From Octopus sinensis (Eukaryota): a stretch of 64,000 bases of DNA. The position numbers were made by a program, and so were the translations under genes. The notes beneath the pieces were generated by a model. The model was not told where the DNA came from, did not search any database, and saw only the letters and a list, made by a program, of their open reading frames with translations. The first letter of the stretch is position 1. Each line of letters starts with the position of its first letter. Shown piece after piece: positions 1-12,320 of the stretch. The stretch is taken from contig NC_043006.1 in NCBI RefSeq assembly GCF_006345805.1, positions 27,776,001 to 27,840,000 of the forward strand, in the 5' to 3' direction.

Positions 1-1863
1 TCACTTCAGGTATGTGTGACTGCTTTTAACAAAGGTAAACTTAAAGTACTTGCTGTGGCTTTTGACTCTCATCTTGGAGGTCGGGATTTTGATCAAGTTC
101 TTGTTGAATACTTCATAGAAGATTTCAAACAACGTTACAAACTGGATGTTCGCAGCAAAGTTAAACCTCTCATTCGTCTTAAGTCTGAATGTGAGAAAAT
201 GAAAAAGCTAATGAGTGCCACTACGCAACCCGTACAGCTCAATATTGAATGCTTTATGGAAGATAAGGATGTTACTGGAAAACTAGTACGGGAAGTATTT
301 GAAGACATGTGCCAACCTTTGTTTAAAAGAGCGGAAGAGACAATGCGTTCTATTCTACCCCTGTCAAAATTACATTTAGACGATATTCATTCTGTGGAAG
401 TTGTAGGCGGTGTTACGAGAATACCTGCTATAAAAAGTCTTATCAAAAAGATATTTGGAGTTGAACCAAGCACCACATTGAATGCTGATGAAGTGATTGC
501 TCGTGGTTGTGCATTGCAATGTGCTATACTATCGCCAACTTTCAGGGTTAGAGATTTTTCTATCGTTGATTGTCAACCGTATGCTGTTTCAATGAAATGG
601 TTAGGAGGTGGTACTAGCGAAGATAACGTTCTTGAAGTTTTCCCAAAGTTTCATGTTTTCCCTTTTACTAAAATGATGACATTTTATCGGAAAGAATCCT
701 TCCAACTTGAAGCTTTCTATTCCCAGCAAGAAACTATTTCTACTTGTCAGCCCACTATTGGCTCTTTCAAAGTCCAGAATGTTACTCCTCAAGCCACTGG
801 GGAAAGTTCGAAAATAAAAGTCCATGTAAAAATTAATATTCATGGAATATTCAGTGTTCCTTCTGCTTCAATGGTAGAAAAGTTGGATAGTGCTGATTCT
901 AGTGGAGAACCAATGGATTTAGATGAGAAAAAGGAAGAGGAAGATGACATGGAAGCTCAAACTAATACTAGTAAAAATCCTGAACAAACAGACTCTTCTG
1001 AATCAGCAATGCAAACTGATGATGGAGGAAAGCAGTCGGGCGACAAGAAAGAGCAGACCAATAAGAAAGTAAAGAAAGTGAAAATGATCGATTTACCTGT
1101 TGAAAGTATTGTTCCACAACTTAATAAAACCCAGCTTCATGCATGCGTTGAAAAAGAAAACCAAATGATAATGCAAGACAAGCTTGAGAAAGATCGTGTA
1201 GATGCTAAAAATGCCGTTGAAGAGTATGTTTATGAGATGCGTGATCGTTTATATGGTGCATTTGAGCAGTTTGTTGAAGAAAGTCACCGAAGCGAGTTCA
1301 GTAAAATGTTGGATGATGTAGAAAATTGGCTTTATGATGAAGGAGAAGATCAGTTAAAACAAGTGTACATAGACAAACTTGCACATCTTCAGAAATACAG
1401 TAACCCTATTTGTAAACGATATCAGGAAGCAGTAGAGAGGCCGGCTGCCTTCCAATCACTGGGTAGTGTGTTACAACAAATACGTAAGTTTTTAGATTTG
1501 TATGCCAAGAAGGATGAACAATATAGTCATATTAGTGATCAGGATGTGAATACAGTGACAAAGGCTTTGAAAGAGAAGAGCGAGTGGTTTGAAAAAAGTC
1601 AAAATCAGCAGAACCAAAGAAGCCTTTTCGAAGACCCTATTGTTACTTGCTCTGAGATCAATTCTCAACAGCAGAGCTTGGAGTCAACATGTATGCCAAT
1701 TATAAATAAACCAAAACCGGAACCAAAGAAAGAACCACCACCTCCTGAAAGTCAAGAAAAGAATTCTGTTCCAAATGAACCAACAACACAGCAACAGAGC
1801 CAAACTGACCCATCTTCTAAGCCCAAACCTGAAGAATCGGATCCAACTATGGAAGTTGATTAA
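1..1863 (+). CDS. HSPA4: Hsp110/Hsp70-4 family chaperone and nucleotide-exchange factor (HSPA4/HSPA4L/HSPH1-like), 5'-partial
   Basis: Frame is open from base 1 (SLQVCVTAFNKGKLKVL). Hsp110-type motifs: LGGRDFD, ECEKMKKLMS, LNIECFMEDKD, VEVVGGVTRIPA, TTLNADE..ARGCALQCAILSPTFRVRDF, acidic loop, DAKNAVEEYVYEMRD, ENWLYDEGED, C-terminal MEVD then TAA. The N-terminal ~200 aa lie before the window. The symbol indicates family, not a resolved ortholog. Confidence 0.95.
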   Translation, partial: SLQVCVTAFNKGKLKVLAVAFDSHLGGRDFDQVLVEYFIEDFKQRYKLDVRSKVKPLIRLKSECEKMKKLMSATTQPVQLNIECFMEDKDVTGKLVREVFEDMCQPLFKRAEETMRSILPLSKLHLDDIHSVEVVGGVTRIPAIKSLIKKIFGVEPSTTLNADEVIARGCALQCAILSPTFRVRDFSIVDCQPYAVSMKWLGGGTSEDNVLEVFPKFHVFPFTKMMTFYRKESFQLEAFYSQQETISTCQPTIGSFKVQNVTPQATGESSKIKVHVKINIHGIFSVPSASMVEKLDSADSSGEPMDLDEKKEEEDDMEAQTNTSKNPEQTDSSESAMQTDDGGKQSGDKKEQTNKKVKKVKMIDLPVESIVPQLNKTQLHACVEKENQMIMQDKLEKDRVDAKNAVEEYVYEMRDRLYGAFEQFVEESHRSEFSKMLDDVENWLYDEGEDQLKQVYIDKLAHLQKYSNPICKRYQEAVERPAAFQSLGSVLQQIRKFLDLYAKKDEQYSHISDQDVNTVTKALKEKSEWFEKSQNQQNQRSLFEDPIVTCSEINSQQQSLESTCMPIINKPKPEPKKEPPPPESQEKNSVPNEPTTQQQSQTDPSSKPKPEESDPTMEVD

Positions 1864-2455
1864 TTTTCCATTTTCTTCCAAATCAAAGTTGCTGTTAGTT
1901 ATGTAAGTTTGTGTTGTTGTTTATTTCACATCTTTTTTGTTCTTATTATTCAGCTAGATCAGCATATATTTTCAGAATATTTTACCTTTGAAACCAAAAA
2001 ATATTTCAGTGTGAAAAAACAACCACTCTGCATTATTTGAATTTTCAGTAAGATTTTAATCTTCATCTAAATCTTGTGAAAATGACTGAAAATATATTAG
2101 AACATTATTTTTTTAAAACTGTCTAGAACAAGGGAAAAAAAAAAAAAGAAATGCTTCTAAAATGCTAAGGAACATTGCACATGTAACAAAAGTTTCCTTT
2201 AGGAAAATATTTGATGGAACTGTACCAATTTCAATTTACTGTTTTTTTCTAATTTTTCAATGGATTGGATAATTCCACAATTGAATTATTTGTAAAAATT
2301 TATAAATATCTGTAAGACTTTTTTTTAATTATACATTGATAAAAATACAAATAACCTCAAAAATATTGAGTTGTTAGTTCATGTTGATAGTAGGTTTGAC
2401 AGTATTTTTATTGAGACTACAAATAATTTTTCTTTTTTGTCTTTGAAAATTTAAA

Positions 2456-2482
2456 AATAAATTATTTAATTACGCCAATAAA
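2456..2482 (+). promoter_or_regulatory. Candidate polyadenylation signals for the Hsp110 gene
   Basis: AATAAA at 2456-2461 and 2477-2482, ~600 nt after the stop and followed by T/GT-rich sequence. The AT-rich background makes chance hits likely. Confidence 0.3.
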
Positions 2483-3717
2483 ATTAGGGATGATTAATAA
2501 TTACAATCTGATATGTTTTATGTTTACATCGATTTAGTAACTATTGTAGTGCCTGATTGTTGCAAGGCATCTCTAAACAAGACTTTATTCAACGAATAAT
2601 GCTACGACTTAAGGGAGGTTACTTGCCCATTACGTTAGACAATTGTCTAAGTAATGCAGAATCACAACAGAAGAAAAACTATAAAAGTAGCAATAGCAAA
2701 ATTCTCACTGGAATTGAATTTTATGTTTATACAATTTAATGTAATGAATGTGAAATGAAAATATTACAAATGAAGTCTTTCAGGTTTGATAGTTCTGTTT
2801 GAAAAATAAAATTTACCAGTAGGAGTGATAAGCATTGCAGAGTTCAATGAGATAATCTCAGTGTCTCTGCTGCTCTAATGGTCTTTGTCTTGAGAAGTAG
2901 TATTATCATGGAATGAAGAATAAGAGCCAGGAATGTTACTGAGATCTGGAATAGAAAAAAAAATGTTAAGTCCAAATTTGCAATATTAAATGTTTCACCT
3001 GGAGACATTCAACATCATCACAAGTCCTGAAGTGAGACCATCTTTACAAGTTCTTTACTTTCCACACAAAGCAAACTTGTTATATATTTCAATAGTTCAC
3101 TTTCCTCTGCTTAAGGATTCACTTTTGCATGCTGTGCATGTTTTTTTTTTATAAGAAAAGGTTTTGGGAGAAACCAACCAAGACGGCAAAGAAACATCAT
3201 GTGAAGTACAGTGTCTAAAAACGAAAGGAGTGTCATTGGCAATAGTTAAGAGCAGATACTGAATTGGATGTAGTTCCAAAAAGAATATCTTCCCAATGAA
3301 AGTCTTGTAGATTCTCTGACTTTGAAGCTAAAATATTGACTTCCATACTATTTGATTACTTGTTTCCTCTAGGGTGTAAGGGTTAGTTTGTATGCATTAT
3401 ACAATTTCTTGTTTTATAAAATTTCATACTTTATGACTTGTGTTCCTCTATCACTGTGGACAGCTAAAGGATAGTTTTTTGAGATGTCAAGCATGTGTTT
3501 GAGAAAAGATATCAGCTCAAGGAAAAAACGAATAGGTAGTGGTGAGTTTTCATCAACTGCTGTTAAAATATTCGCATTATCCTTTCTTTTAAGGTCTCCA
3601 AAATACAATGAGATGTGTTTCATAGTTGGTATATCCTTTTCCGGGTGTTGACATTAAGAATTGTAAAATTTAGGTCTTATTTCAGCATATTTGGTAGTCG
3701 TAATAAATTTATGTATA

Positions 3718-3870
3718 CAAGTGTGGTTGTAAAGCTTGCTTCCCAACCATATGGTCTTGAGTTCAGTTCTACTGCACAGCACCTTGAGCATCTTCTACCT
3801 ATAGTTTTGGGCTACCCAACACTTTGATAGTGAATATTTAGATGGAAACTAAAAGAAGCCCATTGTATAT
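3718..3870 (+). mobile_element. tRNA-derived SINE, family 1 (CORE-like), degenerate copy
   Basis: Aligns by eye with 34883-35046 (gcttcccaaccat..gagttcagt..gcaccttg..gatggaaactaaaagaagcc). Confidence 0.7.
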
Positions 3871-4639
3871 CTCACATATAAAATGCAATGTTTCACAATT
3901 TGGTCATGCTAGTAGAGGGAAACTAAAATGACAAATAGAATGGGAGTGAGTGACAGTCAATGATGCTAAATGCAAATGAAATGTAGTGAGTAATTGTGCT
4001 CTGAATTAGCTGCTGCAATATGTTTCAGATCTAATCATGTTGGTAGAGGGGAAAGTAAAATGACATTGGAGTGGAAGTGAATTGGGAGGAAGGGGTGTAT
4101 AAGAAATAAAGTGAGTGGGATATATGAATTTGTGTTTACCCTTGTCTAGGCATCATTTGATGGTTGTAAATGAGTAGCATCACTGTACAAGTAATGTTGT
4201 TTGTTTCTAGCTTTCCATGAAAAACATGTCTAGCTGTGGGAAAATATTACCTTACTTGGAAACAGGTGAGTGTTGGTAACAAGAAGGGGCATTTAGTCAT
4301 AGAAAATCTGCCTTGACAGATTCTGTCTGAGTCATGCAAGCATGGTAAAGAGTATGTTAAAATGGTGATTAATAGAAAATGGAAGATTGTTTTTTTCTTT
4401 TACATTATGCAACAATCTTCTTTTCCCTGGCCTGCACATCAAATTTTATCACAAATTGTAAATTTCTTCATAATTTATGAAGGATTGCAAAGCATTTTAT
4501 TGAGCAGCATAGCCCACTAATTAATACAAGACATTAATTAATACATTCATTCTCTTTTCTATGTGAATAAAACTATAGGAAGAAGTTCAATTCTCCAACG
4601 TAATATTTTTCATTCTTTATCTTACATTTTACAAGATTT

Positions 4640-4860
4640 TATCATCGTTATTCAACATTTGTCTTCTGTGCTGGCATGGGTTTGGCAGGTCAACAGGTTC
4701 TGATGAACATGAAGATTGCATTGAGTTCCAATGTTTTCTTTGGTATGGTTTCTATGACTGGATACCCTTCTTAACACTAACCACTTTACAAGATGTGCTG
4801 GATTTTTTTCATGCCACTGGCAGTAGTAATGTCACCAAGTAACTTGTAAGACACAACCCA
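4640..4860 (-). repeat. RTE-LINE 3' tail family fragment
   Basis: Reverse complement resembles the recurrent tail gtggttggcgttaggaagggcatccagc...aacccatgccagcatggaa...gatgatgat. Confidence 0.55.
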
Positions 4861-5669
4861 ATGACATTGTAGGGTGCATAACTGAGGGAGTGGGTTTGTG
4901 TCAAGATTTGAAAGGCTAAAGTATGATAGAGGGACAGGAACAGATGTCTTGCAGTGGAGGAGATACATGGCTACACCACCAATAAAGGGAGTAAAGAAAT
5001 GAGGTTTTAGGGTGTACCTTCAAGGTACAGGAAAGTGGATAAGCAGAGAATTGAGGATGACTGGGTCGGTTGGTGAGAATGTGAACGGAGAGTAACAAAT
5101 GGTTAGAGATGGGGATAAAGGTGAGTGACAAACATTGGTGGAGGCATGGCCAATGGTGACTCAGTTTGGGGAAGTTAAAGGAAATTAGGAGTCAGGAAGA
5201 AGGAGGTAGTAGGTAGCAATACATAAAAAGGTGGAAAGGTAGAGAGCAACAATATAATAAAACCTAGAGATAGATGGGAAATAGATCATGTGAAGTGTGA
5301 GGGAAAGGAGATGCAAAGAGGCACTTAAAAGATGGATATAACGAATGACAAAACAAAATAGGGGATGCTGCTAATGACACATGAATAGTTGTTCTGAGAA
5401 AAAGGGCATTTGGTAATAAAGTGGTAAGGGATGTCAAGTGTGCAGGATGAATGACAAGAGAAATGGTTCCAAGAAGCAAGCTGACTAGTAGCACAAATAT
5501 GGGGATTGACTATGTGCACTTCTACTCTCATAATTACAACAGCTGGGCAAATAGTGCCAGTGTTAAAAAGGTGATTGAGGGATGGGTGTTATGAAGATGA
5601 GTTGTGGAGAAGGCTTGACATGTACAGATTTGGTAGGGAGCATAGACAGTGATATGCTTTTAGATCTTA

Positions 5670-7670
5670 ATTTTTGCTGAGCTTGATGTGTCTTCTCAAG
5701 CATGGTGAATTGTCAACCAACTTGGCCTTTGTCATCTCTTACATGAGGCTCAACAACCTGAGGTTGGTCTTTATTTCATTTCTTGTCTTCTTGAGCTTCA
5801 CCTCAACAAGTTCCAGATACATCAAATGGCTATATCAGCACAATCTTCTCTCTTGCACACTACACCCAATTTCTCTTACAACTAATTTTTTTGTCAATAC
5901 ATTTGCACTTTGTCATACATTCTCACTGACATTGGTCATCCAGCAGAGTGTACTTGCTTCATTTATTTCTAGTCTTTGCATATCCTCTGCATTCATAGCC
6001 TACCATTTCACTACCATGTACCATTGTTCATACACAAGCATCTCATCAGCTTTTCACTCTGTAGGGCCTTTTGTTACTAACAGACATTATACCTCTGAAC
6101 TTTCTTCAGCCAATTCATATCCTAGCAACTATAAGTCATCTAAGTAACAGAAACTGTTTACTATGTCAATGGGTCTTCTTGGGCATTCAGGGGAGTTCTT
6201 GGTGTTTATTACTCCTATGCATAAGCCACAAAGTCTTTCTGTGTTAATCATCTTGTAATTCTATTGCACCTCTTGTGTCTAAACTTTGGTACTGGGTACA
6301 CAGTATGGAATTTTTCTACTTACACCTTTTCTACATATCGAACAGTGCTGTTTTCCTGCTTTGTAAGACTTTGGTCTTTGTCAAGCTAACTGTAAAGGCC
6401 TTTGATTCCAGGTTTTGCTTCCACACCTCAAATTTCTTTTCTAATTCTACTGCAGACTCGGTTATGGACAACTGGTCCTCAGTTATTCCTGGATGTCTTT
6501 GATAAATGGGAGGAGATTGAGAGCCAAGCCTTGGTGAACTCTTACCTGCATTTCAAATTTTTTGCTGCTCTTATTACTAACTTTCATCCTACTGACTACA
6601 TCTCTATACATTGCTGGGACAGCTCTTGCCATTCATTTATCTGCTAGCTTTTGCCATGACTACAGATCAAGGCGTGAGAGACTGTCAAAGGCTTTCTCCA
6701 GGTTAGTGAAAGCCAAGTACAGTAAATACTTCTGAAATTGCCTTGCTACAAAGACAACAGTAGTAATTCTCCCTGGCACAGAACCAAACTGCATTTCATC
6801 TAGTCTAATTCTCTTTCCAATTAGAACCTCTTTCTGTAACACTCGTGACATGGTCCAGCAATTTGATACTTCTTTAACTAATATTCTATAAGACATTCCT
6901 ATACAACCCGATTGATGATAAGGTGACTTGGGTATATCCCACTCTGCCAAATATTTTAAGCTCCTCAGCTATAATTGCTGATGGATCAGGACTTTCTCTG
7001 TTTTCATATCTTTAATTGCTTTATCCATCAAACTGCTGTAAACTAGAATTGCTGGTCTCTGTGTTGGGTTCACATTTGGAAGGCTCTATTTCTTCCAGGC
7101 ATTCTCCACATTTAGTAGCCTTTCATAATGGCATTTGCTTTCCCCTTCCTTTTCAGAATCAAGTGCAATATACTATAACCCCATGATAAATCCATACACA
7201 TTTTTCTCCCTTAATCTCTCCATCTTCTTCGACACTTTGTCTTGCAATGCAATACACCTTGTGTGTCTTTCCTCTGGTATTCATGCTGTAGAACAGGGCT
7301 GGCCAACCTGAGGGCTGCATGTGACCTGCAGACTTATCTTGCGGCCCACTTGATACTTTCTTGAAATGAGTTTATTTAAGCAAACCTTTTTAAAATTTTA
7401 TCAAAAATTAAAGATTGTAATAAAAAGTAAAAAAGATACTACTGTTTTTCCAGTGATAATATTTCATGTTGAATCAACAATCATTCATTTATTCATTATT
7501 GTAATAATAGCATGAGAAAGCAAAATGCTTTCAATTCTGTCAGTATACAAGCGGCCCTCAAAAAACTTTTTGTGATTAAAGTAGCATGCAATATAATTTG
7601 AGTTAGCCAGGCCTGCTGTAGAACATCAGCAAACCTCTTCCTTTCTGCATCTCCATTTGCTATTTTTACT
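5670..7670 (-). mobile_element. RTE-clade LINE, decayed (RT and C-terminal part), copy A
   Basis: Minus-strand remnants LDEMQFG.VPGR.TT and YLAFTNLEKAFD. Homologous by eye to 7840-10900 and 38850-41645. Many stops and frameshifts. Interrupted by a hAT MITE. Confidence 0.8.
7294..7615. mobile_element. hAT (Charlie/Buster-like) MITE, 322 bp
   Basis: TIRs cagggctggccaacc / agttagccaggcctg (15 bp, 3 mismatches). Exact 8-bp TSD CTGTAGAA at 7286-7293 and 7616-7623, with central TA. Confidence 0.9.
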
Positions 7671-7839
7671 TATCTATCTATTTATGTTTATATCAGTAAT
7701 GCTTATATAGTACTCACTTCGAATAGATGCAGTAATTGTAACATGAATGAATGATGGTAGATTAATACGGGGAGAACTGATACAATATGTCTGTTGGCAA
7801 ATGCTCATTGAAACCTTCTTTTCAGATACTGAATGCTAT

Positions 7840-10800
7840 CCCCCCTCTCCATATTTCCTCCAATGTCCCTTCCATTCTCAGTTGGTACAGTCATTGTAGG
7901 CATATTGAAAGGTAGGTCTGGAGAGATTGTTCAGATGCTTGACTGGAGGCATGTTGATGTGTGTTTGTTGCATTCAAGAAGTAAGGTGGAGGGGAGCTTC
8001 AGCCAGGTTCTCCACAGGCAAGAAACATAAGTATAAAATCTTCTGGGAAGGTAACAGTGACAGAGTAGGTGTGTGGGCATACTTCTAGCAGAGAAAGTGG
8101 GTGGATAAGGTGATTGAGGTAGTAAGAATGTATGATAGAGTATTTAAGCTTAAACTAGTTTTGAAGAGTAGTACAGCAACAATTCTGCCTATGCCCCACA
8201 AGTGGGTCTGCCAAATGAAAAAAGTGACCGTTCTTATGATATTCTTTTGCAGGCTACCTCAAAGACAAATGATAATGACCTCATCTTCAGGGCTGGTGAT
8301 TTCAGTGAACGTGTTGGGCAGAACATGGGTATCTTCTATAGTGTACATGGGGGTCATGGAATTGGTTCTTGAAATGAGGAAGGAACAAGTTTACTGGAGT
8401 TCTGTGATGCAAATAACCTAATGGTCTGAAACATCAACTTCAGGAAACCAGCCAGTTACCTGATAGCATCAATCAAGTGACCATGCTAGCCAGGTTGATT
8501 ACATTCTCACCATAAAGCGAGATACATGGTTGCTCATAAATGCAAAAACTTTCTCTGGTGAAGTGTGCATCCTCCAGCATAGATTAATCACTAGTGACTT
8601 CAGGCTAGAAGGATTCAAAGAAGCAGACCAGACTGGAAATGAAGGATTTGGAAGCTTAAGGCTCTTTTAAATGATCAGAGATTTTGGGGCATTTAATTGA
8701 GAAATTTAACGAGGAGGAACTACAGACATGTAACATAGAGGGCAACTGGGTGTCCCTATGGAACAGCATGCTGAGTGTTACAGATGGAATCTGTGGCTAG
8801 TGCAAAGTCCCAACCAAACCTAGGGTGATGTGATGGTGGAACAGTGTTGTTGACAAGGCCATCAGTGAACTACATCAGGTAGCTAGTAGATAGGCATACT
8901 TAGCCAGGGTAGAAGTTTATCAATGTTCTGTGGCTTGAGGTGTTTTGGATTGCAGGACAGTGTGTCAGAGAAAATTGTGATGTAGGAAAAAGGTGTGTGT
9001 TCATATGGATGGCTCACTTGCAGTTAGTGATTTTGCAAAGAAGGAAGCTTGAAGTGTGCCACTATGAAAGGTTGCTGAATATAGAGAATTCATGGATGGA
9101 GAGCCTGCCTGACCTGGACCAAACAGAGGGACTGGCTTTCCAAATCAACATTAACTTAATGGATAAATTTAATTAAGGATATGAAAATGGAAAATCTTTG
9201 GCCCTTCAGGAATTACCACTGAGATGCTTAAAATATATGGCAGTGTAGGTTATGATCTAGTCATCAGTATAGTTAATCAGGTTGTTCACAAGGGAGTCAT
9301 ACCCAACAACTGGTGTAGCAGCATTATAGTCAACTGCTACAAAGGTAAAGCAGAAATACAGAAGCCAGACGAGATGGTGAAGATGCCGACGACTGCTTTG
9401 TTCAAAGCCTCCCTTAACCTCAAGTGGCCTGAACTCTTTACATGAACACCACCCTGTACTTAACTCCATGTCCCCCTACATGGCCTTGCTATTTGCTTTT
9501 GAGCCAAATTAACTAACTAACTAAATTGCTGGACCAAGTACTGAAAGTTACAGAAAGGGTCATAGTACAGTTGATTAGGTAGAGAGTTAGCCTAGATGAG
9601 ATGCAGTTTGGATTTGTGCCAGGGAGATGCACCACCGATGCTAACTTCCCGGTGAGGCAACTGTAGGGGAAGCAATTGGCCAAAAATAAACCTCTGTACT
9701 CAGTTTTTGTTGACATGGAGAAAGCCTTTGACTGGATCCTCTGCTCTGGTGGGCAATGCAGAAAATAGGGAAAGTTGAGAGCTAGCCATGTACAGGGATG
9801 CTGTCAGTAAGGTCAATGTCACCAATGAGTATAGTAAGGAATTTAGTGAGAGTTCACCAAGGATTCAGTTCTCAGTCCCCTCTTGTTTATCAGTCTATAA
9901 CAGAAATTTAAGGCTGACTGCCCTTGAGAGCTCCTCTGTGCTGATGACCTTGTTCTTATTGCTGAATCACTATCAGAATTAGAGAAGAAATTTCAGCTAT
10001 GGAAGCACAGACTGAAATCAAAGGGTCTTAGAATTAATTTAGCAAAGACCAAAGTCCTAGTAAGTAGAAAAACAAACAAATCACAAGTCCCTTCAGGGAA
10101 ATGGCCCTGCTCAGTGTGTAGAAAAGGTGTTGGTAGAAACTCCATACAGTTTAGTAAGTACAAGGAATGAACACATAAGAGGTGCAGTGGTATCACTGGA
10201 AGATCAACAGAGAATGACCTCTCTACATGTGGCAGATATGCAGGTACATTAAATACCAGGAATGTACAAGAAAAAAAAAGTCTAAGTGGTGGAGGTTGTT
10301 CTGAAAACATAGCTGCTAGAATAAGAACAGGCTGGGCAAAGTTCAGAGAGCTACTACCTCTCTTAGTAACGAAGCACCTCACCTCCAGAGTGAAAAGCAG
10401 ATTGTATGATGCCTGTATACGAAGTTATGCTACCTGGCAGTGAGATATAGGCTGTGACTATTGAGGACATGTGAATGATTAAAAGAAATGAAGTCGGTAC
10501 GCTCTGCTGGATGGGTAGTGTCAGTATGCATATACGACAGAGTATAATAGATTTAAGAGAAAAACTGGGTACATGAGACATCAGAAGTAGTGTCCAAAAG
10601 GGAAGACTGTGCTAGTATGGTCATGTAATGTGTATGGATGAGGACAGCAGCTGCATCAAGAAGTCCTGATCTTTAATTATGGAGGGAATGCGTGGAAATC
10701 GTAGGCCCGGGAAAACATGAGAAAGTATCTTCAGATGTCAGATGTTAGGCCTCACAGAGTTTGCTGTGCTTGAGAAGACATGTCAAGCCAAGTAAAATCA

Positions 10801-10900
10801 TGGTTGTCTTTTGCATACGGGCATGGCCCCAGCATCCCTTTTCAGTTGAGCAGTCCTAATCTTGCAGGCTCGTGGGTGCTGGTGCTACATAAAAAGCACC
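7840..10900 (+). mobile_element. RTE-clade LINE, near full length but decayed (APE endonuclease + RT + Cys-rich C-terminus), copy B
   Basis: APE N-terminus (VGTV.VGILKGRSGEIVQML..RHVDVC). RT remnants (WCSSIIVNCYKGK, LDEMQFGFVPGRCTTDA, FVDMEKAFD, MYRDAVSKV, VHQGSVLSP, ADD). Cys motif WPCSVCRKGVGRNSI..THKRCSG. Frames are broken. Confidence 0.88.
9350..9524 (+). mobile_element. 5'-truncated CR1/L2-like LINE 3' end inserted in RTE copy B
   Basis: Segment absent from the other RTE copies. Encodes KPDEMVKMPTTALFKASLNLKWPELFT*, resembling the CR1-type ORF2 end (LPxEVVxAxxxxxFKxxLD), then a short UTR and a (TAAC)n tail. Confidence 0.6.
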
Positions 10901-11620
10901 CATGCTAATACCGCTCGAAACATCAATGAGGTGTTTGGTGAAGATGTGGCAAATGAGCACACTGTACGCCGATGGTTTGAGAAGTTTCGGTCTTGAAAAC
11001 CAGCCTTGTTGTAGACCTAAGACCAAAGTGGATAATGATAAGTTGGAAGTGGATACATCTCAAACTACACGTGAGTTAGCAACAGGGTTTGATGTTTTGA
11101 TTCCAACTGTATTGGACCATCTGAAACAGATTGGCAAGGTAAAGAAGCTGGACAAGTGGGTACCACACCAACTGAGCTAGCATCAAATGACACATTGTCT
11201 TGAAGCTTGCTGTCATGGCATAAAAGCAAACTATTGTTATGTGATGAAAAATGGATTCTTTTCAACAACAGTAAGCATTCTGCATGGTGGTTGGATAGAG
11301 ATGAAGTGCTAAACACAATCCCAAAAAGAATATTCACCAAAAAAAAAGCTAATGGTGTTTGGTGGTCCAGTGCTGGTGTCATCCACTACAGCTTCGTGAG
11401 ACCTGGTAAGTCAATTACAGTGGATGTCTACATCAATCAGTTGGATGAAATGGTAAGTGAACTTGTAATTAAACAACTGAGCTTGGTCAACAGAGACAGA
11501 CCAATTCTCTTGCAAGACAATGGTCAACCACATGTTGCACAAAGACCGCTACTCAAGTTATAGGAACTGAACTAGGAAATACTCTGTCATCCACCATATT
11601 CACCAGACCTTGCACCAACT
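10901..11620 (+). mobile_element. Mariner (Mos1/SETMAR-like) transposase remnant
   Basis: KKLDKWVPHQL, CDEKWILFNN, VWWSSAGVIHY, PILLQDNGQPH, HPPYSPDLAPT across broken frames. No TIRs seen. Confidence 0.88.
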
Positions 11621-12320
11621 CTAGCTAGAGAACTTAGAATCTAAGCATTTTCCGAGAGTGTACAGGTATTATACATTATTTAGTCAGGGTAACTTGAAGG
11701 TGAGCGATATTTGTTGCAAGAACTTTGTCTTGTTAGTAAAGCAATGTATGGGACAAGACTGAAGCTAATGAAAATAGATAAGATCCTATATACAACTGTT
11801 TAATGGTAGGTAATTAGTTGGCTAAAGGAGTAATGCATAGAATTAATGTCCAGATTGCCAGCAGCCCTATTTAAAAAACTTATATCAGAGCAACTGAAAA
11901 CAACTCAAGATAGGATTTTAGCAGCAGAATTCATTTAAATATTCAGAAAGCAGGTCCTTAATGAGTCAGTTCCTTTCAAAATCTATTGGTCAGTTGTAGC
12001 AAGCACAAGACATCAGATGTCCGTTATGTTTATGGGAGAAGTAACTTGCCCTGTTTTAGGATAAATTGCTGATCAGAAGGGGTGGTTAAATGAATTGGAG
12101 CCAGCAACAGTAGCTCACAGATGCCAAAATGAAAATGAAGAGCCGGCAAATGCTAGAAGGTATGCTGTGAGGCAGAGGACATGAACAACTAGATCAAAAT
12201 GAAAATCAGTGCAACAACAAAAGGCAACATACTGCTCAACGAATGAGAGCCAATCAAAATAGAGAACATGTTACAGAAAGTTTATAATTCAACATATAAT
12301 GAAGGAATCATTGAAAAATA

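Noticed and set aside
7-15. CAG|GTATGT resembles a splice donor, and tcacttcag an acceptor
   Set aside because: The same bases read in frame as SLQVC, matching the Hsp110 S.QV motif. No intron is needed, though upstream sequence is unavailable.
11207-11563. SETMAR-like host gene
   Set aside because: No SET domain, broken frames and a second decayed copy at 30883-31460; this is a transposon remnant.
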